A stretch of DNA of 64,000 bases from Mobula hypostoma (Eukaryota), in the NCBI RefSeq assembly GCF_963921235.1, contig NC_086101.1, forward strand, positions 31,806,001 through 31,870,000, in the 5' to 3' direction. Below, one piece after another: positions 10,531 to 21,593 of this stretch; within the stretch, counting starts at the first letter, position 1; every line of letters begins with the position of its first letter. Under the pieces are notes generated by a model, which was not told the origin of the DNA, ran no database searches, and saw only the letters and a list, made by a program, of their open reading frames with translations. The position numbers and the translations under genes were made by a program.

Positions 10531-10774
10531 ATTGCAACATCTTTATTTTGAACTAGACAACGAGGTGACCCGTGGGGCACCCTTTGAAAGAGTCAAAACA
10601 GAGCTGCCCTGCCCTTTTGCTCCGCTTGCTGTCGCTGAGCCTGGCCGTGCTCATGGGTCGTGGTGTCGCGTACCGATTTCCATAATGGCGGATCGGCTCT
10701 CGAGTAAAAGTTGATTTTGGCGAATGAGCAATTTATGCTAATATATAACCCTGAACTTTGCCTGTATTCTGTAA

Positions 10775-11425
10775 TTTTTTAAATTTTTTTTCTCCAAAAA
10801 TACTTTATCCAGAAGTATTACAAAATAAAATTATATACATATAAAAAAACATTCGTTGACCCTGAGTCCTTATTCAATAAATAGTTATTTACAATAAAAT
10901 TATGCGTTGACTCTGTTCATATACAAATAAAAGATGTTTACAATAAATCGTTCGTTTACTCTCAACCCTTGGTCATGAGTTAAGACTTTACAATAAAATT
11001 ATCAACAATAAAGGCAGGCGTTGGCCCTAATTTTTTTCCAAATTAACAAATCCACCCACTCCTGGGGCACCATGTTGATTCATCTGACCACACCGCTGAT
11101 GAGGGTTAGTCTCCTCCCCACCCAACCCCTCACACTCTCACGGGTGATTAACCTTAAACTGTGGTCCTTCCCCACCGGGCCTTCGCGGTGGCCGCACCAA
11201 GCTTGAGTGCATCCCTCAGCACGTCCTCCTGCAGACGAGAGTGAGCCCGTCGGCAGCATTCAGTCACGGACATCTCCATGTGCTGGCAGACCACCAAGTT
11301 TCGGGCCGACCAAAGCGCGTCTTTCACCGAACTGATGATCTGCCAGCAGCACCGGATGTTTGTCTCCGTGTGCGTCCCCGGGAACAGCCCGTAGATCAGA
11401 GTCCTCGGCAACGCAGCTGCTGGCG
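10775..11425 (-). mobile_element. Tx1 copy D, 5'-truncated sister subfamily, non-U1 site
   Basis: ORF 11154-11411 matches the ORF2 C-terminus (..ATAKARWGRTTV); the 3'UTR resembles copy A. Flanked by the 8-bp direct repeat TTCTGTAA (10767-10774 and 11426-11433). Confidence 0.88.
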
Positions 11426-11579
11426 TTCTGTAAATTAGCGCATTTTAAGCCGATTTAGCTCTTTAAAAAAATGCCGCTGTAATGCACCGTTTGCGCTAAC
11501 TAATCGGAGGTCACAAACAGACAAGGAATCAACTAATGGTTTTTGTAAAGAATTTTACTTCGAATCCTTCTGACTAAAG

Positions 11580-12260
11580 TATATTTTATTGGGGGGAGAA
11601 ATTCGGGATCCACACACAACCTGATGCAGGCACATATGAAGCCGACCCTCAGGGTGAGAGCGACATTGGAGACATTTTTCCCCCGTTGCCCAGGGTGCCG
11701 CCTTCTAACCACGAACACTCAATCTGACGGCGTTCTTGATTCCAGCCCCACAAGTCGAAGCTCTGATCTCCCCAGCCTTCTTCACCGATCACTGCTCTGC
11801 CTCGCCATCCTCTTTTCCATTGCCGTTGGTGGGGGAAGTCCAGGCTCCGCCCCTGCATCAGCCGGAGATCGTGTTCCCTGCCTTCGTTTTCTCTACCCTA
11901 GTAAGGACAGTTGGTATAGCCGCGCTCTAACAAGAACGCCTGAGCGCTGGGAATCGCATCAGCACCAGACCTTCCTCACCACCTTCGTTCCCTCTGCCCT
12001 AATAAGAACAGTTGGTATAGCCGCTCTCTAATAACAACGGCGGAGCGCTGGGAATCACATGGAAACCCAAGCTCCACCACTGCGAAGCCGTCGCCGTCGC
12101 CGCCGCCGCCGCCCCGTGTTCCGATAAGAGACTCTCGGCGTAGCCGCTCTAATAAGAACGGCTGGTCTCAACCAAAAGGGCGAGAAACACCCGGATCGCC
12201 GAGTTCTAAAACCTTCGTTCTCCAGAACACTAACAGTTCTCCCAAACCCTGCGCACACCC
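11580..12260 (-). mobile_element. Internally deleted Tx1 derivative F (5'UTR, ORF1 N-terminus, short ORF2 piece)
   Basis: About 11700-11880 encodes KKAGE..GAGIKNAVRLSV (copy A: KSGE..GAGIKNTVRMTV). 11600-11690 encodes GKNVSNVALTL..CIRLCVDP. There is an AATAAA at 11585-11590 and a roughly 101-bp duplication in the 5'UTR. Confidence 0.65.
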
Positions 12261-12839
12261 TTCCAATCGAATGCATCTCACCTTAATATCAACACGAGCT
12301 GTAGTTGCAAAACGTCCATGGATTCTTCTTACTTGAACTAGTTTAAACACAAATATTCCTGAAAGCTTTAACTTTCCTTTCTTGTGACTGACGACTGTCT
12401 TTTAACGAGTCGAAATTTACTTATATTTGCATATAGGATGCAGCTCTCCGACGATGCCACCTGCACTTCTGAAGCTGCCCACTAGGCGTCAGGGCGCCCC
12501 AGGTTTTCTTTAAGCATGTGACTGGGATCCGGTCGGAGATCTTGTCCGCCCTGAGCCTCTGCAACCCAGCCTCGTTCTGTTCGCCGTTTAACGACCATAA
12601 GCCATTGGAGCAGAATTAGGCCATTCAGCCCATCGACTCTGCACCGCCATTCCATTGTGGCTGATTTATTATCCTTCTCAACCCCTCTCTCCTGCCTTTG
12701 CCCCATAACCTTTGACACCCTTACACTTTAAATGACTTGGCCTCCACAGCTGTCTGTGGTATGGAGTTCCACAGAGTCACTCTCTGTCTAAAGAAATTCC
12801 TCCTCATCTCTGTTCTAAAGGGACAATGCCCTTGAATGG

Positions 12840-13260
12840 AAAGGTCTACAGAAAGTGGTGGTTACAGACCAGTCTATTACGGGTAAAGCCCTCCCAGTCA
12901 TTGAGCACATCTACACAAAGCCTTGTGGCAGGAAAGCAGCATCCATCATCAAGGCCTCCACCCAGTCATGCTGTCCTCTCGTGCTGCTATCATGGAGAAT
13001 GTACAGGAGCCTTAGGACCCACACTACCAGATTCAGGAACAGTTATTGCCCCTCAACCATCAAACTATTGGACCAGTGGGAATACTTTCACTCATCTTAT
13101 CACTGAACTGTTCCCACAATCCATGGCCTCACTTTAAGGGACTGCACAACTCATTTTATCGATATTTATGATTATTTATTACTGTAACTTTGTTCTTTTT
13201 TCTCATTTTGTATTTGCACAGTACATTGTCGTTTGCACGTTGCTTGTTTGTCTCTCCAAT
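12840..13260 (+). mobile_element. Rex1/Babar-type LINE 3' fragment
   Basis: Encodes remnants such as ITGKALPVIEHIY..KAASIIK and YRSLRTHTTRFRNSY; the same family recurs at 31-33, 49.5-51 and 54-55 kb. Confidence 0.7.
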
Positions 13261-13644
13261 CACGACCGGCATTTCACTGATGCCATATTCCTGCTTGTAA
13301 TTACCGGGAAGAGGCCAGGTCCTTGGGTGTCTTTAAAGCGGAAATTGATGGGTTCTTGATTGGACATGGCTTCAAAGGTTACAGGGAGAAGGCCGGGAAC
13401 TGGGGTTGAGGAAAGAATGGGATCAGTCATGATTGAATGGTGGATCAGACTCGATGGGTCAGATGGCCAAATTCTGCTCCTGTGTCTTATGGTCTTATTA
13501 CTGCAAATGTCCGCAAATGATTCTGAGGGTTGCATATGCTGACATATACATACTTCAGTAAATTTACTTTGAGCTGTGAAATCTGATGTCCATCCATTCT
13601 GAGGCTGTGCCCTCTGGTCCTAGACTCCATCACTAAAGGAAACG

Positions 13645-14033
13645 TATTGAAACGTATAAAATCCTAAAGGGATTGGACAGGCTAGATGCAGGAAGATTGT
13701 TCCCGATGTTGGGGAAGTCCAGAACGAGGGGTCACAGTTTGAGGATAAAGGGGAAGCCTTTTAGGACCGAGATTAGGAAAAACTTCTTCACACAGAGAGT
13801 GGTGAATCTGTGGAATTCTCTGCCACAGGAAACAGTTGAGGCCAGTTCATTGGCTATATTTAAGAGGGAGTTAGATATGGCCCTTGTGGCTATGGGGGTC
13901 AGGGGGTATGGAGGGAAGGCTGGGGCGGGGTTCTGAGTTGGATGATCAGCCATGATCATAATAAATGGCGGTGCAGGCTCGAAGGGCTGAATGGCCTACT
14001 CCTGCACCTATTTTCTATGTTTCTATGTTTCTA
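13645..14033 (+). mobile_element. CR1 LINE 3' end
   Basis: RT tail (SRTRGHSLRIKGKPFRTEIRKNFFTQRVVNLWNSLP) and a terminal (TTTCTATG)n repeat. Confidence 0.9.
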
Positions 14034-14239
14034 AACATCCTCTTCACATCCACTCTAGTAGGCCTTTCAGGATTTGAAAGTGTTCAGTGAGATCTCCCCT
14101 CGTTCTTCTAAACTCCGGTGAGTACAGGCCCACAGCCATCAAGTGCTCCTCATACATTAACCCTTTCATTCCCAGAATCATTCTCACAAACCTCCTCTGG
14201 ACCCTTTCCAATGTGATCACTTCTTTTCATAGATAATGG

Positions 14240-17200
14240 GCCCAAAAGTGACCATAATATGATAAGCTTCAATCTACAATTTGAGAGGGAGAAGGGAAAC
14301 TCGGAAGTGTCAGTATTACAGTTGAACAAAGGGAACTATGGTGCTATGAGGGAGGAGCTGGCCAAAGTTCAATGGAACAATACCCTAGCAGGGATGACAG
14401 TGGAACAGCAATGGCAAGTGTTTCTGGGAATAATGCGGAAAGTGCAGGATCAGTTCGTTCCAAAGAGGAAGAAAGATCCTAAGGGGAGTAAGGGGAGGCC
14501 GTGGCTGACAAGGGAAGTAATGGACAGTATAAAAATAAAAGAGAAGAAGTATAACATAGCAAAGATGAGTGGGAAGCCGGAGGATTGGGAACTAAAAAGG
14601 CAATATGCGGAGAAAAAATAAGGTATGAAGGTAAACTAGCCAAGAATATAAAGGAGGATAATAAAAGCTTCTTTAGGTATGCGAAAAGGAAAAAAATATG
14701 TAAGACCAAAATTGGGCCCTTGAAGACAGAAACAGGTGAATTTATTCTGGGGAACAAGGAAATGGCAGATGAGTTGAACAGGTACTTTGGATCTGTCTTC
14801 ACTAGGGAAGACACAAACAATCTCCCAGATGTAATAGTGGCCAAAAGACCTAGGGTAATGGATGAACTGAAGGAAATTTATATTAAGCAGGAAATGGTGT
14901 TGGATGGGCTGTTGGGTCTGAAGGCTGATAAGTCCCCGGGACCTGATGGTCTACATCCCAGGGTACTTAAGGAGGTGGCTTTAGAAATTGTGGGTGCATT
15001 GGTAATCATTTTCCAATGTTCTATAGATTCAGGATCAGTTCCTGTGGATTGGAGAGTGGCTAATGTTGTCCCTCTCTTCAAGAAGGGAGGAAGAGAGAAA
15101 ACAGGGAATTATAGATCAGTTATCCTGACGTCAGTGGTGGGAAAGATGCTGGAGTCAATTATAAAAGATGAAATTACAACACATCTGGATAGCAGTAACA
15201 GGATTGGTCAGAGTCAGCTTGGATTTATGAAGGGAAAATCGTGCTTGACTAATCTTCTAGAATTTTTTGAGGATGTAACTCTGAAAATGGACAAGGGAGA
15301 GCTAATGGATGTAGTGTACCTGGACTTTCAGAAAGCCTTTGATAAAGTCCCAAATAGGAGATTAGTGGGCAAAATTAGGGCACATGGTATTGGGGGCAGA
15401 GTACTGACATGGATTGAAAATTGGCTGGCTGACAGAAAACAAAGAGTGGCGATTAACGGGTCCCTTTCGGAATGGCAGGCGGTGACCAGTGGGGTATCGC
15501 GGGGTTCAGTGCTGGGACCGCAGCTGTTTACAATATATATTAATGATTTAGATGAGGGAATTAAAAGTAACATTAGCAAATTTGCCAATGACACAAAGCT
15601 GGGTGACAGTGTGAAATGTGAGGAGGATGTTATGAGAATGCAGGGTGACTTGGACAGGCTGGGTGAGTGGGCAGTTGCAGTTTAATGTGGATAAATGTGA
15701 AGTTATCCACTTTGATGGCAAGAACAGGAAGGCAGATTATTATCTAAATCAGCGGTCCCCAACCACCGGGCCGCGGACCAGCACCGGGCCACAAAGCATG
15801 TGCTACCGGGCCGCGAGGAAACGATATGATTTGGCGATATGTGTCAGCTACACCTTTCCTCAGTCCCTGTCACGCACACTGTTGAGTTTGAACACATGCG
15901 AGGTCATTACCCTGGTGTCATCTATGTCAGCACGGGAAGGAGATCAACTCCTCGAGCTTGCAAATGACAGCGGGCTGAAAAATATGTTTGACATAACATG
16001 TCTGCCGGCATTTTGGATCAAAGTAAAGGCTATATATCCTGATATGGCCATGAAAGCACTGAAAACGTTGCTTCCATTTCCAACCTATCTCTGCAATGAA
16101 TGCAACGAAAACTAACTTGCGGAATAAACTGGACATAAGGAACTCCCTTCAAGTATCGCTGTCTCTCGTCACCCCTCGATAAGACCGTCTTGTCGCAGGG
16201 AAACAAGCCCAGGGCTCCCACTGATTCAGCGATATTGGTGTGTTGCAATGATTTTATATGTTCATACGGGGAAAATATGTGCTGTGTGTTTAATATTAAA
16301 TTCATTAGATAAACCCTTTTAGAAACGAAATTGAGTGTATTAGCCACTTATCACCTATATTCCAGTTGCGATTAACACCCCCCCCCCGCCGCCGCCAACA
16401 GAATTGGCAAAAACAATTTTTAAGAAATTGGCACGTAAACGTATGCACAAGTTACGCAAGGCTTCATGGTCATTGTAGTCTTTCTCGTGGTAAACCCAAC
16501 GTATTTGACTGCTACTCTTGTACGTTGGCAACCCTACCAGCCCCCCACCCCCAGTCGGCCAGTCCGCAAGAATACTGTCCATGTGAAACCGGCCCGCGGT
16601 ACGACAAAGGTTGGGACCCCTGATCTAAATGGAGTCAGGAAAAGGGGAAGCACAATGAGATCTAGGTGTTCTTGTGCATCAGTCACTGAAAGCAAGCATG
16701 CAGGTACAGCAGGCAGTGAAGAAAGCTAATGGCATGCTGGCCTTCATAACAAGGGGAATTGAGTATAAGAGCAAAGAGGTCCTTCTGCAGCTGTACAGGG
16801 CCCTGGTGAGACCACACCTGGAGTACTGTCTGCAGTTTTGGTCTCCAAATTTGAGGAAGGACACTCTTGCTATTGAGGGAGTGCAGTGTAGGTTCACAAG
16901 GTTAATTCCCGGGATGGTGGGACTGTCATATGTCAAAAGATTGGAGCGACTGGGTTTGTATACACTGGAATTTAGAAGGCTGAGAGGGGATCTTATTGAA
17001 ACATATAAGATTATTAAGGGATTGGACACGCTGGAGGCAGGAAGCATGTTCCCGTTGATGGGTGAGTCCAGATCCAAAGGCCACAGTTTAAGAATAAGGG
17101 GTAGGCCATTTAGAACGGAGTTGAGGAAAAACTTTTTCACCCAGAGAGTGGTGGATATATGGAATGCTCTGCCCCAGAAGGCTGTGGAGGCCAAGTCTCT

Positions 17201-17380
17201 GGATGCTTTCAAGAAAGAGATGGATAGAGCTCTTAAAGATAGCGGAATCAAAGGTTATGGGGATAAGGCAGGAACTGATACTGATTGTGGATGATCAGCC
17301 ATGATCACAGTGAAGGGCAGTGCTGGCTCGAAGGGCCGAATGGCCTACTCCTGCACCTATTGTCCATTGTCTATTGTCTA
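14240..17380 (+). mobile_element. CR1 LINE ORF2 (RT) to 3' end, split by a hAT insertion
   Basis: ORFs 14259-14621, 14585-15685 (KSPGPDG, GKSCLTNLL, DFQKAFDKV, FANDTKL) and 16674-17294. The 3' tail is ctattgtccattgtctattgtcta. Confidence 0.93.
15750..16622 (+). mobile_element. hAT (Charlie-like) non-autonomous DNA transposon
   Basis: TIRs CAGCGGTCCCCAACC / GGTTGGGACCCCTG, perfect 8-bp TSD ATCTAAAT (15742-15749, 16623-16630), and a hAT dimerisation remnant FWIKVKAIYPDMAMKALKTLLPFPT. Confidence 0.93.
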
Positions 17381-17968
17381 TAAAAGTGCTCCCAATGCTC
17401 CATGTGTGATCTGACCAGTGCCTTACAAAGTCTCGGCATTTCATCCTTGCTTTTACACTCTAGTCCTCTCGAAATGAATGTCAACATTCCACTTGCCTTC
17501 CTCACCACCGACTCAACCTGCAAGTTAATGTTCAGGGAATGCCGCACAAGGAATCCCAAGTGCTTTTTCACCTCTGATTGCTGAATTTTTCTCCCTGTTT
17601 TGAAAATAGCCTGTGTTTTTATTCCTCTATCAAAGTGCATAATCATACATTTCCCTTCACTCTATTCCATCTTTCACTTCTTCGTCCAATCTCCTTATCT
17701 TCCTAAGTCCTTCTGCAGACACTCTGCTTCCTCAACTCTACCTGCCCTCTACCTATCTTCATATCACCCGCAAACCCAGCCACAGAGCCTTCAATTCCAT
17801 TATGCAAACCATTGATATATAATATGAAAAGAAACAGTCCTAACAACGACCCCCATGGAACATCACTAGTCATTGGCAGTCAACCAGAAATGGCCTCCTT
17901 TGTTCCTGCCAGTCAGCCAATATTCCATCAATGCTAGTATCTTTCCTGTCATACCGTGGGTTCATATC

Positions 17969-17969
<1 letters not shown>

Positions 17970-18000
<31 letters not shown>
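17970..18000. repeat. (TG)n microsatellite
   Basis: Pure TG run of about 15 units. Confidence 0.95.
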
Positions 18001-18001
<1 letters not shown>

Positions 18002-18488
18002 GTAACGAGTCTTTCTAAAGCTGTGGGAGGGTTGTGTCTCCACATTAACAAGAGCTGGTGAGCAGACACTCAGTAGTACCAGCCCACTGTTCACAGCCAG
18101 TAGAGATCTCAGTGAACAAGTACTGGCCCTGCTACTTACCAAGGGAGTGCACTGCATTTCTGATTGTAACTGTGTACTGTATATTGTCAAGTCTTTCTTC
18201 CACACAGACACTGCTGCCCAGGTTTGGGATCTGGCTGGATTCAGACTCAGGACGATCCATCTCAAAGTCCAGTGCTGATACCACTAAACCACTGGCTGGC
18301 CCTTCACATACTGACGAAAAATCGACTGTCCACTCTTTTCCACAGATGCTGCCTGGCCTGCTGAGTTCCTCCAGCATTTTGTGTGTGTTGTTGGGCTTTC
18401 CAGCATCTGCAGATTCGCTCTCGTTGGAACAGAAGTAGAGAGGTATGGTATTTGGGTTCGTTGTCTGTTCAGAAATCTGATGGCAGAG

Positions 18489-18912
18489 ATGGATCTCCAT
18501 CCCGGTGAGAGGATTCTGGTCAGTTTGGAGTCAGGGAGTGATGGATCTCCATCCCAGAGTGAGGATTCTGGACAGTTTGGAGTGTGGGAGTGATGAATGT
18601 CCATCCTGGAGTGAGGATTCTGGACAGTTTGGAGTGTGGGAGTGATGAATGTCCATCCCGGAGTGAGGATTCTGGACAGTTTGGAGTGTGGGAGTGATGG
18701 ACGTCCATCCCGGTGAGAGGATTCTGGACAGTTTGGAGTGTGGGAGTGATGAATGTCCATCCCGGTGAGAGGATTCTGGTCAGTTTGGAGTGTGGGAGTG
18801 ATGAATGTCCATCCCGGTGAGAGGATTCTGGTCAGTTTGGAATGTGGGAGTGATGGATGTCCATCCCGGTGAGAGGATTCTGGACAGTTTGGAGTGTGGG
18901 AGTGATGGATGT
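18489..18912. repeat. 52-bp minisatellite, 8 copies
   Basis: ccatcc at 18497, 18549, 18601, 18653, 18705, 18757, 18809 and 18861; unit ccatcccggtgagaggattctggacagtttggagtgtgggagtgatgaatgt. Confidence 0.95.
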
Positions 18913-19159
18913 CTGTGAGGATGCTGGAGAATTTGGTGTGGGAGGTGGCGGATGTACAGAGGGGAGTGTTCACTGAATTGGAGGGTCATAGGGATTCCTG
19001 TACAGTAGAGAAACTGAGTGATATTGTACACAGTTCTCTGACAATGGTGACACAGGTAGGGAGAGCAATGGTCTTCGGTCAGGATATTGACGGCTGGAGT
19101 TGGGATGTCATGTTACAGTTGAACAAGACGTGGGTGAGGCCAGTTTTGGTCTAATGTGT

Positions 19160-19930
19160 TGTCATGGTCCAGTCCGTGAAGTCCATATTCCGGTTCACAG
19201 TCCGGTCCATCAACCCTTGCTCCAGGTTTTCCTGTCTACCATTTCTGTCCTTGTTTAGCTCTAATTGAGGCAGCTGATTCTCGTTGGGGCTGGCTGCATA
19301 AATACCTCCAGAGACCAGGGCATGGCTGCTGGATTGTTCTTGTCCTTACTCCTTGTATCCCTTCCTCTGCCTCCTGTTTCCTCCCTGAAGCCCTGCCTTG
19401 TCTTGCCGGTAACTCTCACCTCACCTGAAGTTCTCATCTTGCCTTGCTTTGCCAGCAGCCTTTCCTTGTCTTGCTGTCTGGTCCTGGAGCCACCCTGTAC
19501 CTAGCTCCCTTCCTGTTCCTTGCCTCCACCCAGGTAAGCCAGGCTGTCTCGCCGTTACCTGGGGTTGGTTCTGTCCCTTCCTGTCCCTTGCCTCTGTCGG
19601 GTGGTGATCCACACCCTGCCCAGGAGGAGCCTGCCTAGCCTCAAGCCTCAAGTCTCCTGCCTCCGGCCTCCAGCCTCACCTGTAGATTTCTGCCTCGCCC
19701 TTGCCTAGATCTGAGGTTCGAGTCAGAGGCAAGACCCAGGTACTGGGTCCTTGTCCTGTCTCTGGCTCGGAGTCCAAGCCCGGGCTCCTAGCTCCCTTGT
19801 TCAGTCCTGTTCCAGGTTCCTGGTTTTCCTGTCCATGTCCTTGCCATCGCCTTGTATCCTAGTCCTGTCCCTAGTACTTCAGTGTCTGTGTCTTGCACTT
19901 GGGTCCGTTCCCAGCCACCACCTTATGACA
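19160..19930 (+). mobile_element. Solo LTR (Gypsy-like) inserted in a CR1 remnant
   Basis: TGTCA...TGACA termini, imperfect 5-bp TSD tgtgt/tgtat and a TATA-like gcataaata near 19296. The flanks join into CR1-like sequence. Confidence 0.7.
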
Positions 19931-21212
19931 TGTATACACATCCGGTCATCCAGGAGTTAAACCAGGAAAGGTGCAGATAAGATTTATTTCCCGAGAATGG
20001 TGGTTTCATTTATTAGGAGTGATCGGATGATCTGAGATTGTTTTTCCCCAGAGCAAATGAGACTGAGTGATAACCTTGTTTAGAAAATCACGAGGGCGTA
20101 GTGGATGGTGGCAAATTTCCCAAGGCAGTGGAGTCTAAATCTGAGACAATGGTGGATAGGGAGAGGGGATCTCCCACCCACTCTCCTCACTCCAGCCCCA
20201 GACTAGGACGGCAGGGTCTGGGCCCGAAACGCCGACGACACTCTTTTCCATAGATGCTGCCTGGCCTGCTGAGTTCCTCCAGCATCTTGTGTGTGTCGCT
20301 CCGATTTCCAGCATCTGCAGATTTTTTTTTCAAGTGCACAACCAGTACAGATAACTCACACACAACACACAAAGTGATATTACGATAAATGAACTAAGAA
20401 ATAACAAGGTGCACACGTTACTGAGCAAACAGTGGAAGACTACTGGCACTTCATGCGCGATGAGACCGAGATGCGGTACGGACCTGCTGGGTAGGTCTTT
20501 CGATTGGATTTCAGTCCGTGATATTGCTGCGATGCTGACCCCAGTCGTCATCTGTAAGAAACGTTTCCCGGCAGGTGAGTTTACCTTCATTACGAACAAC
20601 ACAGCCGACCACATTTAGCTCTTTGTACCCTCACTGACTGCTTGGATCACATCGATTCCCACTGCGAGCAGCTGGGAGCACAGCACCGATCCTGCAGCAG
20701 GGATAAATCACAGCCTCTTCCCTAATCAGGAGGTGTACGTCTCAAAGCCATGGCAAATGTTCACCATTACCCGTTCCACCTCATAGTTTTTCATCCGGTT
20801 TTCTCTGGCACTGCAGTCAAAGCCTGCCCCGATGCTTAACCAGGTTCAACCCCCAGCTTTAGATGGTCACAACAATTTTGCGAGGTTTTGGTCACTTCCC
20901 GGTGGGGACTCTGAATTCATTCTTTCCGGTGACCAGAACAGCAACTCATTGAATCTTCAATACACGGAGAAACTCCAAGACCCCGGCTTTTCTCCAGGGT
21001 GCCCCAGCCGTGACTGCGAGTTCGCAGTACGAGCCTGGCGGTCTGGGCGAGCAGAACGCGGCCGGGCAGCGAGGCTGAGCGCACAGGAGCCGCGGACACC
21101 ACTCACACGTCCCGCAGCCGCTGAATAAAACCGCGGAGTGGTGTGACACCTCGTGGTCAGTGTTAAAATTGCAGCTGGGTCGTCAGAGAGGCTATTTCCT
21201 TTTATGGAAAAT

Positions 21213-21220
21213 ATGCAAAG
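21213..21220 (+). promoter_or_regulatory. Octamer-like motif (possible snRNA DSE)
   Basis: ATGCAAAG, one mismatch to ATGCAAAT, about 195 nt upstream of U1 +1. No convincing PSE was recognised. Confidence 0.3.
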
Positions 21221-21410
21221 AAAAAGCGGGTGCGAAATGTCTAAAAGCTGCAGTAATTTACAAGAGACGAATATTAACTGGAGGAGGTACATGCGTGTGT
21301 AGTCTTCTGGTTGTGTTGAGGGAATGAAAGAAAATGTTTGAAATTGCTGGTCGTGAGGATGGTAAGGAGTGATGAGCATGATTGGCCGGGGGTGAGGAGA
21401 CCGGGGTATC

Positions 21411-21573
21411 ATACTTACCTGGCAGAGAACCGTTGGTGATCCGGAAGGCCGAGGTTCCAGGACGAGGCTATCCCATTGCACTCCGGGTGTGCTGACGCCT
21501 GCGATGTCCCCAAATGCGGGATACTCGACTGCGGAATTTGTGGTAGTGGGGGACTGCGTTCGCGCTCTCCCTG
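21411..21573 (+). ncRNA. RNU1: U1 spliceosomal snRNA (variant), full length 163 nt
   Basis: ATACTTACCTGG 5' end, SL1-SL4 all foldable, U1A loop ATTGCACTCC and Sm site AATTTGTGG; colinear with vertebrate U1. Confidence 0.97.
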
Positions 21574-21580
21574 ATCTTCA

Positions 21581-21593
21581 ATTGAAAACTAGA
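21581..21593 (+). terminator. snRNA 3' box-like element
   Basis: ATTGAAAACTAGA, 7 nt after the U1 3' end, resembles GTTYN0-3AAARNNAGA. Confidence 0.55.

Noticed and set aside
10732-10750. ATGCTAAT plus TATATAA suggesting a Pol III/snRNA promoter
   Set aside because: No recognisable RNA gene downstream even after removing copy D; short motifs are expected by chance in AT-rich DNA.
18489-18912. Regularly spaced repeats resembling a CRISPR array
   Set aside because: The units are contiguous with no unique spacers, the context is eukaryotic and there are no cas genes: a minisatellite.
20957-21481. 174-aa minus-strand ORF overlapping U1
   Set aside because: It starts inside the U1 antisense strand with an alternative codon and has no protein features; a chance ORF.
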